A model generated the notes under the pieces. That model had not been told where the DNA came from, ran no database searches, and was given only the letters and a program-made list of their open reading frames with translations. The position numbers and the translations under genes were made by a program. From Prolixibacteraceae bacterium (GTDB taxonomy: Bacteria; Bacteroidota; Bacteroidia; Bacteroidales; Prolixibacteraceae), in the NCBI GenBank assembly GCA_963677935.2, contig CAXXEH010000003.1, positions 2,349,820 through 2,413,819 on the forward strand: a stretch of 64,000 nucleotides of DNA, in the 5' to 3' direction. Of the stretch, positions 40,122 through 49,825 are shown piece after piece; positions within the stretch are counted from its first letter, which is position 1, and each line of letters opens with the position of its first letter.

Positions 40122-40462
40122 CTTAACGCATGTTTTTTCCAACCGTACAAAAGACCTAATCCCAAAATTGCAAAGAAGATCAGGATCTCAATAAAACCGG
40201 TTAACCCGGCACTTCTCATTACAACTGCCCATGGAAACAAAAAAATGGTCTCCACGTCAAAGATGAGAAACAGAATCGCAAACAAATAATAACCTACTGT
40301 ATACTGAAGCCATGCATCACCAATCGTTTCAATACCACACTCATAAGGTTCAAATTTCACATCATTGCTTGATGTCGGGGGTACATAACTGGAAAAAAGC
40401 ATAGCCAGTCCCACGAGGGATACTGCTGCCAGAAAAAAGACTAAAAGTGCGCTACTTTCCAT
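40112..40462 (-). CDS. nuoA: NADH-quinone oxidoreductase subunit A
   Basis: 116 aa, three TM segments, FEPYECG motif, first gene of the cluster. Confidence 0.9.
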   Translation of the reverse strand: MESSALLVFFLAAVSLVGLAMLFSSYVPPTSSNDVKFEPYECGIETIGDAWLQYTVGYYLFAILFLIFDVETIFLFPWAVVMRSAGLTGFIEILIFFAILGLGLLYGWKKHALRWE

Positions 40463-40693
40463 ATCTTAGTTTTTAATCAATTCTTTAGAAGGCCCAAATT
40501 TTATTGAACCCTGTATTTTGGAAATGAAGCGGCAAATGTATCATTTTATATAATTCACAGCTCAGTTTAGGGCATTTTTTTTGACTTAATCCTCTATTTA
40601 TACTGAGTATAAATTTGTTAAATTGATACTTATAATGCTAATAATTAATATATTAAAAGCATTCACATAGGTTGATATATCGCTATTTTTGAT

Positions 40694-41506
40694 CTAACTA
40701 CAAAAGGTATAGAAATCGCGTTTTGAGTTCACACACATCACCGATAACTCCTCCGATTTCTCAATTAACTTGTCTTCTGTAAGCCCTAGTATCGAATCGA
40801 GGAAGGTATTTTCGTAGCTCACAGCGATGATAATCATTCCCGATTTTAGACTCAAAGCATGTTTGAGTGACGATTTCTGAAGCTTCCATGTTGGGGTATG
40901 ACTTTCAATAACCTGAAACGGAAACCCGAATTTCGTGTAAAGTCGCTCGATGGAAAAAAGATTGCCTCTGACGCTTTTCTGATCGTCACTCCACCCTTCA
41001 TCCGCCAAAAATAGATCAATCATCGCTCTGTTATGCCTTCCAAGGTAGCTGGCCCACAAAGCAAGATCTTTACTTTTCTTCATGTAACCAACCGGTACTA
41101 CAATATGCTTATAGGTCTTGCCAATATTCTCCTTATCCGACACAAACAGAAATGGAAACGCTGCATATTGTAACACAGGTAAAAGTTGCCTTACCGACTT
41201 TTTATGAGCTACGAGGACCAAACATTCAAACAGCTCAGCCATTTGGCCAAGAACATCGGTTAGATTCTGGTCTCTAACAAAATACCTGATTTTGATGTTG
41301 GACAAAAAGGGGACTATTTTTGAGACAGCACCTCTTAGACGGGCTTCTGCAATCTCTCCGCTTTCATGAATTTTAGCCTCTAACAGGTGGAACAGACAGA
41401 GTTCTTTACCCAGTGTCGAGGCAATCACCATCCCATGTAAAATGGCATCGTCCATCCCCTCCGAAAAATTGCACCAGACAAATATCTTCTGTTCCCCGTT
41501 TTCCAT
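40694..41506 (-). CDS. hypothetical protein, possibly a degenerate tandem universal-stress-protein (UspA-like) fold
   Basis: 270 aa with two USP-like halves (e.g. GMIIIAVSYENTFLDSILGLTEDKLIEKSEELSVMCVN) but no G-x2-G-x9-G[ST] ATP motif. The call is weak. Confidence 0.4.
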   Translation of the reverse strand: MENGEQKIFVWCNFSEGMDDAILHGMVIASTLGKELCLFHLLEAKIHESGEIAEARLRGAVSKIVPFLSNIKIRYFVRDQNLTDVLGQMAELFECLVLVAHKKSVRQLLPVLQYAAFPFLFVSDKENIGKTYKHIVVPVGYMKKSKDLALWASYLGRHNRAMIDLFLADEGWSDDQKSVRGNLFSIERLYTKFGFPFQVIESHTPTWKLQKSSLKHALSLKSGMIIIAVSYENTFLDSILGLTEDKLIEKSEELSVMCVNSKRDFYTFCS

Positions 41507-41569
41507 GGGTCAAAATTAGGATTTTATAGCTCCATTTAATACATTTTTGTTGAACACAGCATCAAATAA

Positions 41570-41692
41570 GAAAAATACAAGGAGATTGAGCAGGAAGAAA
41601 AGGATGCTTTTGAAGTTCCGGAGTGGCACAAAGAAATTGTAATTCAAAGATTAAAAGACCATACAAAAGAAATACAGAACGCTATCCCATAA
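41570..41692 (+). pseudogene. start-less C-terminal fragment of an addiction-module antitoxin
   Basis: EKYKEIEQEEKDAFEVPEWHKEIVIQRLKDHTKEIQNAIP* is preceded by an in-frame TAA with no start codon. It resembles the C-terminal helix of the putative addiction module component family (TIGR02574-like, from memory). Confidence 0.5.
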
Positions 41693-41855
41693 CCCATATT
41701 TCCAGATTCGATATGAAAATGTTCGTTGTTTACCATTAGCAAAATTCCCATACCTGATTCACTAGGTAGTTGAAGAACAAAATAGACGAATAGTAGTTGT
41801 TGGTTTAATATGTACTCACCGTAATCCGAAAATCTGGAGAAGAAAGAACAAATAA
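41691..41855 (+). pseudogene. N-terminally deleted RelE/ParE-family toxin remnant with in-frame TAG
   Basis: NPYFQIRYENVRCLPLAKFPYLIH-TAG(41763-41765)-VVEEQNRRIVVVGLICTHRNPKIWRRKNK*. This is the ParE/RelE C-terminal signature (FPY.I.Y......I.I..V.H..R.P). No start codon and no N-terminal half. Confidence 0.55.
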
Positions 41856-41955
41856 TATGATGTTAAAGAATTTTTCGATGTGCTGATTCAACTCATTTGC
41901 AGTTGTCTGATTTTCGAGTATGTTTGATTCCTAATACTGAAAACAGAAAAAAATC

Positions 41956-44016
41956 ATGTTAAACAGACAATTGCTGACCCCCGAAAGTATTGTAGTCGTT
42001 GGAGCCTCCAATAATATTACCAAACCAGGTGGAAAAATCCTTAAAAACCTCATTGAAAATGAATATAAGGGGCGACTCTACGCCTATAATCCTAATGACA
42101 CAAATATTCAAGGGGTTACGACCTACAACTCACTGGATGATTTACCAGATACCGATCTTGCCATTCTGGCAATTCCCGCTAAAAGTTGTCCTGACATCAT
42201 TGAAATTCTGGCAACGACAAAGAAGGTAGGTGCATTTATTGTGATTGCCGGAGGATTTAGTGAAACAGGTCCGGAAGGCGAAGCACTTGAAAAGAGGATG
42301 GTCTCCATCGTGAACCGGACGGGCTCATGTCTGATAGGTCCCAACTGCATTGGTGTCCTGACACCTGACTATGCCGGGGTTTTCACAACACCCATACCAC
42401 AACTCGAGTCCGGAGGTTGTGACTTTGTCTCCGGCTCAGGTGCCACAGCAGTATTTATCATTGAATCGGCGATCCCCAAAGGGCTCCATTTCTCGCGTGT
42501 AATCTCTGTCGGAAACTCTGCCCAGGTTGGTATTGAAGAGGTATTGGAATATTGGGACCTCCACTCAGAAGAGGAAAATTCAGCTCGTGTCAAACTTCTT
42601 TATGTTGAATCAATCCGGAACCCGGACAAATTCCTTCACCATTCCAGATCATTGGTTAATAAGGGATTCCGATTAGCCGCTATCAAAGCCGGAAGTTCGT
42701 CTGCCGGGAGTCGGGCCGCAATGTCGCATACCGGCGCCATGGCCAGTTCGGATTCCACAGTCGAAGCATTGTTCCGCAAAGCAGGAATTGTCAGGTGCTA
42801 CGGAAGGGAGGAACTAACCACTGTTGCAGGGATTCTGATGATTAAAAAACTGGAAGGCAAGAATATGGCGATCATCACCCATGCCGGAGGGCCGGCCGTA
42901 ATGCTCACCGATGCACTTGAAGCAGGAGGTTTAAATATTCCTCAGATTGCCAACTCAAAGGCAAAGGAAAGATTAAAGGGTAAACTGTTCGCAGGATCGT
43001 CGGTGGAGAATCCTTTTGATTTTCTGGCAACAGGAACAGCCGATCAACTTGGAGAGATCATTGATACCTGCGAAAATGAGTTCACCGAAATTGATGGAAT
43101 GGCAGTTATCTTTGGCAGTCCCGGACTAACTTCTGTTAAAGATGTCTATAAAGTTCTCGATCAGAAAATGAAGAGCTGTAAAAAACCTATCTATCCTATT
43201 TTACCCTCCATTTTGAATGTAAAAAAAGATTTAGCCTACTTTCTTTCCCATGGAAATATTAACTTTCCGGATGAAGTACTACTTGGTCGTGCATTAACGC
43301 GAGTCTACAGAACACCACCACCATCCGACGAGAATATTACCCTTGAAGGGGTGGACGTTCCAGAAATAAGAAGGATTATTGAAAGCTGCGAAACAGGACA
43401 ACTCCCGCCCGATAAGATTCATGCCCTGCTAAATGCGGCATCAATCCCCATCGTAAAAGAGATTATTGCGACAAATGTTGAAGATGCTCTTCATGCAGCT
43501 CATTCGATTGGTTTTCCTGTTGTAATGAAAGTGGTTGGACCGGTTCATAAAACAGATGTAGGAGGAGTTTCGCTAAACATCCGGTCCGATGAATCTGTCC
43601 GGCTGGAGTTTAATAGATTGTTGAGCATTCCGGAAACAAATGCAATACTCATTGCAGAGCAGGCCGAGGGGACAGAATTATTCCTTGGGGCCAAATATGA
43701 ACCAAAATTCGGTCACGTCATTCTATGCGGAATCGGCGGAATTTTTGTAGAGGTGCTCAAGGATGTTACCTCCGGACTCTCTCCCCTGTCACAAGAGGAA
43801 GCATTATCAATGATCCGGAATCTTAAAGCTTATCCTATGGTAAAAGGATTCAGAGGCAGACCGGGAGTCAACCGAAGAAAATTTGCAGCAATAATCGTAC
43901 GATTATCCTCTATGCTCCGATTTGCCACTGAGATTAAAGAGATGGATATCAATCCACTGATGGGTCTTGGTGATAAGATTGTTGCCGTCGATGCACGCAT
44001 TACAATAGAGAGATGA
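41956..44016 (+). CDS. acetate--CoA ligase family protein (ADP-forming acetyl-CoA synthetase, fused alpha/beta)
   Basis: 686 aa with N-terminal CoA-binding (VVVGASNNITKPGGKI), a succinyl-CoA-ligase-like flavodoxin region (MSHTGAMAS) and a C-terminal ATP-grasp (FPVVMKVVGPVHKTDVGGV). Confidence 0.85.
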   Translation: MLNRQLLTPESIVVVGASNNITKPGGKILKNLIENEYKGRLYAYNPNDTNIQGVTTYNSLDDLPDTDLAILAIPAKSCPDIIEILATTKKVGAFIVIAGGFSETGPEGEALEKRMVSIVNRTGSCLIGPNCIGVLTPDYAGVFTTPIPQLESGGCDFVSGSGATAVFIIESAIPKGLHFSRVISVGNSAQVGIEEVLEYWDLHSEEENSARVKLLYVESIRNPDKFLHHSRSLVNKGFRLAAIKAGSSSAGSRAAMSHTGAMASSDSTVEALFRKAGIVRCYGREELTTVAGILMIKKLEGKNMAIITHAGGPAVMLTDALEAGGLNIPQIANSKAKERLKGKLFAGSSVENPFDFLATGTADQLGEIIDTCENEFTEIDGMAVIFGSPGLTSVKDVYKVLDQKMKSCKKPIYPILPSILNVKKDLAYFLSHGNINFPDEVLLGRALTRVYRTPPPSDENITLEGVDVPEIRRIIESCETGQLPPDKIHALLNAASIPIVKEIIATNVEDALHAAHSIGFPVVMKVVGPVHKTDVGGVSLNIRSDESVRLEFNRLLSIPETNAILIAEQAEGTELFLGAKYEPKFGHVILCGIGGIFVEVLKDVTSGLSPLSQEEALSMIRNLKAYPMVKGFRGRPGVNRRKFAAIIVRLSSMLRFATEIKEMDINPLMGLGDKIVAVDARITIER

Positions 44017-44033
44017 ATTCATTAATTCTGAAA

Positions 44034-46424
44034 CTATTCCTCAGGTTCACCCGATATAATGTGTTTAAACTTGTTATATAAAAATGAGATGATCAAAAGT
44101 AAAACACCAAGTGATACAAATACAACGGTTTTGGCAATTGTGTCAAGATCGGAAATATCATAGAAAAAGAGTTTGGCTAGCGTTATTCCAAAAAGGACTA
44201 TCGCTCCGATTCTCAGGTATTTTTTCTTTTCCCATATACCTAAACCAATCAGGATTAAAGCATAAACTCCCCAGAATATAGTTAAACCCAGTTTATAGGT
44301 TTGGGCAATCTTCAAAATGTCCATCCAGGTAATCAATTCACTGCTGGCGATCCACAATATTGAGATGTGGAACAAACAATCAAACCACTTCCTCAAGGCA
44401 ATTGAAACCGGCTTTATGAAATACTCAATACAATACCTGTAGATTGAATGAAGTGTCAATCCCACAAATAAATAGGAAACATATCTGATTCCAATATTAA
44501 AACCGGTTTGCTGGTAATACACTGATAAGGTATGATTCAAATAACTTTCTCTTAGATCCCCCAGTATAATTAATCCCTGAAAGAGAAATATGACCACGGC
44601 AAATGTGCTTAATCCCAGATTTACCAAGCCTAAATCATGATTCATTATCTTTTTGATATTCACATAGGAGAGAATGGATACAAATAACAGGGAATAATTG
44701 AGTATCCAGATTGTTTGGAATTTTAGAAGGTCGTTATTATGAAAACTATCATTAAAGGCAGGATTAGTACGTTCAACAACTTTTAATGAATCAATATATA
44801 ACTGGTTCCAGTAGGTGGCGATTTCGATCCGGAACGAATAATAGAGTATGCTCAGAAGAAAGGCAGGAATCAATACGGCTGCAACTCTCCTGATATCGAA
44901 CCGAGCATTTACCGGATTAGGGTATCTCCGACTATGGTATAACAGATTTATAAATCCCAATGAGATGATAACAAATAAAGAAGTTAAAAAATTAATATTG
45001 AACAAGGGTGTTATTTTTGTTCCCAACTGGCCGGGTTTGTAGGTGTCATAAACGGTGGTCCAATCGTGAATTATGCTAAAAAAAGTTAGCAATATTAAAG
45101 TATATGCGACTATTTCATAGAACTGGATCGATTTAGTTCTGCCAATCCAAAATAGCAATGCGGCCTCGCCTGCCCATAACAAGGTTACCCAATTCCCATC
45201 AAATTGTACGGGTACCGAAATGGTAATAAAAACTAAAGCCAATCCTGCTACAAGGTAAAATAAGGTCCGGTCCGACAACCTCCGATTATAAACCGAATAA
45301 CCTACTCCAAAATGAATCAGTGCATTACCCAGTGTAAATACCCCTAACAAATGGTCAGCAGCTGCATTTGATTTTAGAATGGAGTAACCTATTCCATAGA
45401 AAATAAAGGAATTGGCAAGCAGTAGAAGAACATCATCAACATCAAATTTCTCTTTCTGGATCAGTTTATAGGACAGGAAGATGACATAGAAAGTGATAAA
45501 AAACAGACAAAGGAAAATCAGGGCAAGTGTAAAATGTTCAGATGCATGAAACTTATCGCTAAACCATGAGAAATAGATAAGCCACGAAATTAAAAATGAT
45601 GCATAATATAATGGTTTCCAGTACTTTTTAAAAGCAATTACAAGTATGCCAATGTTAATAATCGCCATATAACTAAACAAGGTCGCCACATTTCCTGATT
45701 CATTACTTAACAGGAAAGGAACTGCATAGGCGCCTACCATACCAATGTGGGCAATAACCTGTCGGTTATAATATATGGCAATTGCGACTGTAAAGGCCGT
45801 TATAATTACCATCATTGAAAAAGCAACTACCTGTGGGAACAATTCATAAAGGCTATAAGCAAAATAGGTGATAAAATAAACGATTGCCATTGCCCCGCTA
45901 ACCAGTACAGCGCTGTAATTTTCGTAATTCCTTTTCAGTTTAATGCCGATTCCCAGTAACCCGATTCCCATGAGATAACCTAAAATAATTCTGGTTACCG
46001 GACTGATCAGATCATGATCAATGGAGTACTTTGCCCCGATGGCAACGCCAATGACGGTGATTGCAATACCAATTTTATTAATCAGATTTTCGCCGATAAA
46101 CTTTTCAAGGTCTGATTTTTTTTCAACGGATGAATCTGATTCTGATGTGGAATATTCAGAATGGCTAAAAGCTTCAGATTCCGGAAATGGCCGGAAGATG
46201 TTGACAACCGGTTCCTCCTCTACAGCCTCAACTTCCTCGGAGATTTCAAGTTCATCACCCGTTTCATCCTGCAGATCTTCAACATACTCCTCTTCACGCT
46301 GATTCATCAGAAAGTTAATCTCAGCGCTTAATTCATTGATCTCATTTGAAAAGCTTTGATGCCTTTTCAATAAATCATCCATCTTTTCAATGAGCCGGGT
46401 TAATTGTTCGTCAGGTTTTTTCAT
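44034..46424 (-). CDS. DUF2339-family polytopic membrane protein
   Basis: 796 aa with an N-terminal coiled-coil (LIEKMDDLLKRHQSFSNEINELSAEINFL), an acidic linker, then about 20 TM segments. The family call is from remembered architecture. Confidence 0.65.
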   Translation of the reverse strand: MKKPDEQLTRLIEKMDDLLKRHQSFSNEINELSAEINFLMNQREEEYVEDLQDETGDELEISEEVEAVEEEPVVNIFRPFPESEAFSHSEYSTSESDSSVEKKSDLEKFIGENLINKIGIAITVIGVAIGAKYSIDHDLISPVTRIILGYLMGIGLLGIGIKLKRNYENYSAVLVSGAMAIVYFITYFAYSLYELFPQVVAFSMMVIITAFTVAIAIYYNRQVIAHIGMVGAYAVPFLLSNESGNVATLFSYMAIINIGILVIAFKKYWKPLYYASFLISWLIYFSWFSDKFHASEHFTLALIFLCLFFITFYVIFLSYKLIQKEKFDVDDVLLLLANSFIFYGIGYSILKSNAAADHLLGVFTLGNALIHFGVGYSVYNRRLSDRTLFYLVAGLALVFITISVPVQFDGNWVTLLWAGEAALLFWIGRTKSIQFYEIVAYTLILLTFFSIIHDWTTVYDTYKPGQLGTKITPLFNINFLTSLFVIISLGFINLLYHSRRYPNPVNARFDIRRVAAVLIPAFLLSILYYSFRIEIATYWNQLYIDSLKVVERTNPAFNDSFHNNDLLKFQTIWILNYSLLFVSILSYVNIKKIMNHDLGLVNLGLSTFAVVIFLFQGLIILGDLRESYLNHTLSVYYQQTGFNIGIRYVSYLFVGLTLHSIYRYCIEYFIKPVSIALRKWFDCLFHISILWIASSELITWMDILKIAQTYKLGLTIFWGVYALILIGLGIWEKKKYLRIGAIVLFGITLAKLFFYDISDLDTIAKTVVFVSLGVLLLIISFLYNKFKHIISGEPEE

Positions 46425-46624
46425 CGTGTAATTTACTTTTCAATGTTCAACATAGAAAATGGATTTACTACCCAAAGGCTTTTACGAATATACCAATAAA
46501 TCAGAAGAAATAAAAGCGGCTATTTTAAAAGTTGCCATAATGAAAACCTGATTTGGAACAAATTCCAAATACATTACTTTTGCGCTTGATAATTAAATAT
46601 TTATAAAATCTAAAAACTTAGGCG

Positions 46625-47158
46625 ATGAAGATAATCAGTTTTGGGAAGTATGTGGAGGGAATAAACTACAAAGTATTAAATGAACGGCAGGTAAGAGCAG
46701 GTTCAGGTATAATGTTTCTGTTTGGCCTGGTAGCATTTATTAATGGACTCATATTAAAAAACTATTCAGTTATACCTTATATAAGTGGATTTCTGCTGCT
46801 CTCCTTTTTAATTGCAGTATTCATTAATCCAAAGTATTCACCAACGATGCTCCTCGGATCTATTTTTGTTTGGAAACAAACACCACTTTATATAGGAGCT
46901 GTACAAAAGCGGTTTGCATGGAGTTTAGGAATTGCTTTATCGGGTGCAATATTTGTATTGTCAATTTTTCTTTTGAAAGATGCCTCCTATTTTGAATCTT
47001 TATGCAGACTTTGTATCATTTGCCTGATTCTTTTGTATCTGGAAACTGCGTTTGGAATTTGTGTTGGGTGTAAAATCTACTATCTTTCCATTAAGATGAA
47101 ATTAATAAAAGAGCCGGAAACAAGACCTAATTGCATGGGTGATTCATGTGACGTATAA
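46625..47158 (+). CDS. DUF4395-like membrane protein
   Basis: 177 aa, four TM segments, C-terminal FGICVGCKIYY motif. Confidence 0.6.
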   Translation: MKIISFGKYVEGINYKVLNERQVRAGSGIMFLFGLVAFINGLILKNYSVIPYISGFLLLSFLIAVFINPKYSPTMLLGSIFVWKQTPLYIGAVQKRFAWSLGIALSGAIFVLSIFLLKDASYFESLCRLCIICLILLYLETAFGICVGCKIYYLSIKMKLIKEPETRPNCMGDSCDV

Positions 47159-47177
47159 GAGTTCTGACTATTTCAAC

Positions 47178-47220
47178 AGCATAAAAAAAGGGAACCGATA
47201 TGGCTCCCTTTTTTTATGCT
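47178..47220. terminator. bidirectional intrinsic terminator between convergent genes
   Basis: agcataaaaaaagggaacc-gatat-ggctccctttttttatgct. The stem is 19 bp with one mismatch, with an A-run on one side and a T-run on the other. Confidence 0.75.
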
Positions 47221-47233
47221 GTTGATTAATTGA

Positions 47234-48991
47234 TTAATTCAGAATCATTTTGAAATTCTGATCATCGAAATATTTTGCAAACTCAAGATCAGTTTTGGCC
47301 AATTCCTTGTAAGCAGCATCTTTTTTAACTGCTTTTCCAAGATTTTCGAACATCATGCTTGTCTTGGCAGTACGGGCACCAATAATTGCCTTCAGATAGG
47401 CGATACGGCCAGATTCAACAGAAGCACCGTTTAAGGTACGTAATGCACCATTATTGTCGTTATTCAACAGTTGAGCCAGGGCGTGATTAGCTACACTTTG
47501 TGATTCATCATTGAAATATTTTACGGCAGTTTCGTATTGTCCCTGCATAATCTTAACGATTCCAAGGTTTTCGCTTACTTCTTTGCCAGCGCCGGTTGCA
47601 GCTCCAAAAAGTTCTTCAGCTTTGGCAAGGTTCTTCTTTTTAAGTTCAATGCAACCCAGATTATTTTGAACGATCGGATTTTTAGGATCGAGTTTATCAG
47701 CTTTCTCAAAATTGGTGGCAGCAGCATCACTATCACCAAGACCAAAAGCTACACTACCAAGGTTGTTGTAACCTCTCCAGTCATCAGCATAAACCTTTGT
47801 AAAACTGGTATAGATTGTTTTTTGAACCTGAGGATTAGTCGTCAGTGTAGCCGCGTAAAGTAGCTCAGCCTGATTCAATTTGGAAGGATCACTCAATGCA
47901 AGTGCACTAATCTCCTCATCGGTACGGCCAATCAAATCAACAGAAGCGGTGATTTTTGCACGACGAAGTTTAGGAAGAATATCATTTGCCACTGCGGTAA
48001 AGGAAGCAGAAAGGTTTTTAATCTCGCGTTCGCGAACTTCAGGATCAGCATACATAGAGAGTACACGCAGAATCAACTCTTTATCCTGAATCGTAGATTT
48101 CTGCATCAGCTCCTGAAAACCATCCCAGTCTTCAGGGGTAAATTTCGTTTTCAGTTCAGTTTTAACCTTATTTTTGGTTAAATCACTTTCGATTACTTTA
48201 GAGGAAGAACCTTGACGTTTTTGAGAAAGTGAAGTATTGAAATCCAGTTTTCCATCAGGAGAGGCATAAGCAGAAACCTCAACCCCTTTAAGCTCTTTAC
48301 GATCAGCCTTATATGCTTCAGTAATATAATGGCTTAATTGTTTGATTTCATCTTTGGTCATTTCCTTGCCACGAACTTCTGAGCTATTAATCAAATAGAT
48401 CAGGTCGGTTACATATTTATCTGGCACTACTCTCTGGAATTTATCGATTGTAGCATCGTAGATCCCTGTAGTATTTTTTCTTTTCTGAAATCCAAGTATG
48501 GAAGACGGACTATTGTCAACGAGTGTACTGGTAGCAATAACACCATTGGCTAATTTTACAGGCTCAAAATCGAGTGATTTACGCCCTTTTGAAGCACGTA
48601 TCTTTAGGAAAAGTTCCGATTTACGCATGGCATATTCGAACGGAACCGAACCTTTGTAAGCAACACTACCCCCACCAGAATAGCTGATTACCTTATTATT
48701 TGCCTTAACCGATTCTCCCTGAAGAATATAAGGCTCATAAAATTTCTCACCCTCAGGTGTTTTCAAGACAGGCGTAGCAACAATTGTTGCCTTTTTAAGA
48801 AAATACTTTGCGGGAATACGCCCCTGAAGTGCCATGTCAACCTTGCCGTTATGAGCTTCAAGAGTTTCCGGAACGACAGAATAACTCACCTTCCCTGCAT
48901 CCTTCTTCATTTTTTTTAAGGAGGCACAACCCACCAAAACTGCAGTGCCCAAAATGAATAAAACCAAATAATTAAATTTAAAATTTCTCAT
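47234..48991 (-). CDS. lipoprotein with OmpA-like segment and C-terminal TPR repeats
   Basis: 585 aa with lipoprotein signal VLVGCAS. An OmpA-like stretch (VSAYASPDGKLDFNTSLSQKRQ) and TPR-like repeats (WRGYNNLGSVAFGLGDSDAAATNFEKADKLDPKN...) are present. Confidence 0.6.
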   Translation of the reverse strand: MRNFKFNYLVLFILGTAVLVGCASLKKMKKDAGKVSYSVVPETLEAHNGKVDMALQGRIPAKYFLKKATIVATPVLKTPEGEKFYEPYILQGESVKANNKVISYSGGGSVAYKGSVPFEYAMRKSELFLKIRASKGRKSLDFEPVKLANGVIATSTLVDNSPSSILGFQKRKNTTGIYDATIDKFQRVVPDKYVTDLIYLINSSEVRGKEMTKDEIKQLSHYITEAYKADRKELKGVEVSAYASPDGKLDFNTSLSQKRQGSSSKVIESDLTKNKVKTELKTKFTPEDWDGFQELMQKSTIQDKELILRVLSMYADPEVREREIKNLSASFTAVANDILPKLRRAKITASVDLIGRTDEEISALALSDPSKLNQAELLYAATLTTNPQVQKTIYTSFTKVYADDWRGYNNLGSVAFGLGDSDAAATNFEKADKLDPKNPIVQNNLGCIELKKKNLAKAEELFGAATGAGKEVSENLGIVKIMQGQYETAVKYFNDESQSVANHALAQLLNNDNNGALRTLNGASVESGRIAYLKAIIGARTAKTSMMFENLGKAVKKDAAYKELAKTDLEFAKYFDDQNFKMILN

Positions 48992-49086
48992 TACAATAAT
49001 TAATAGATGAATGACTTGTTAGTTTTTATTGCTCTAATCGCAAAAATACAACCTTTTAGCGTTACAGAAAAACAATTTAAACAATA

Positions 49087-49737
49087 TTAAACAGTTTCGC
49101 CGTTAAAAAAAACACGGTTAATTTTACTTGTATATTCATTTTCAAAGATCAAATCTTTAATTAATTGATAATCTGAACTCTTCATTACAAAATCAATCTT
49201 AGAGGTATCAATTATCAATACCGGAAAATCGTTTTGCTGAGAAAAAAAATTAAAATATCCTTCCCTGATCGTCTTAAGATAGTTAATTTCAATCGATTGT
49301 TCATAGTCACGGCCTCGCTTACGAATATTTTCAATCAGCTGAGCTTCGGGTAAATGAAGATAAACATAAAGGTCAGGTTTTGGTAACCGTTCATAAATAA
49401 TATCGAAAAACTTACGATAGAGATTATACTCATCGGGCACCAGGGTATTCTGAGCAAAGATCAGCGATTTCATAAAATAGTAATCGGTGATGGTCAGTTC
49501 GTGAAAAAGATCGCGGTTTGCCAGATCAGTTTTCAACTGCGAATAACGCTCAGCCAGGAAGGAGAGCTCAAGTGGAAACGAATATTTTGCTGGATCAGTA
49601 TAAAATTTGGGTAAAAACGGATTGTCGGAGAATCCCTCCAGAATCAGTTTGCTGTTAAGATCAGCGCTCAGCAGGTTCGCCAAAGTTGTTTTACCTGCTC
49701 CGATATTCCCTTCAATTACAAGATAATCAATACTCAT
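49087..49737 (-). CDS. deoxynucleoside kinase (dNK family)
   Basis: From ATG 49737: MSIDYLVIEGNIGAGKTTLANLL (P-loop), with downstream DR/ERS-type motifs. The longer track ORF, starting at 49914, would overlap pnp. Confidence 0.8.
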   Translation of the reverse strand: MSIDYLVIEGNIGAGKTTLANLLSADLNSKLILEGFSDNPFLPKFYTDPAKYSFPLELSFLAERYSQLKTDLANRDLFHELTITDYYFMKSLIFAQNTLVPDEYNLYRKFFDIIYERLPKPDLYVYLHLPEAQLIENIRKRGRDYEQSIEINYLKTIREGYFNFFSQQNDFPVLIIDTSKIDFVMKSSDYQLIKDLIFENEYTSKINRVFFNGETV

Positions 49738-49825
49738 CACCGGTTTTTGTTGAAAACCCGAATATACGACAAAATAGTGGAAACAAAAAAATGCCCGGGA
49801 AATCCGGGCATTTACAATTTTATTT

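Noticed and set aside
40533-40540. Bacteroidetes-type -7 promoter box (TAnnTTTG, seen as caaatgta on the plus strand) about 70 nt upstream of nuoA
   Set aside because: It is a single 8-mer match in AT-rich DNA with no matching -33 TTTG element at the right distance. That is too weak to call.
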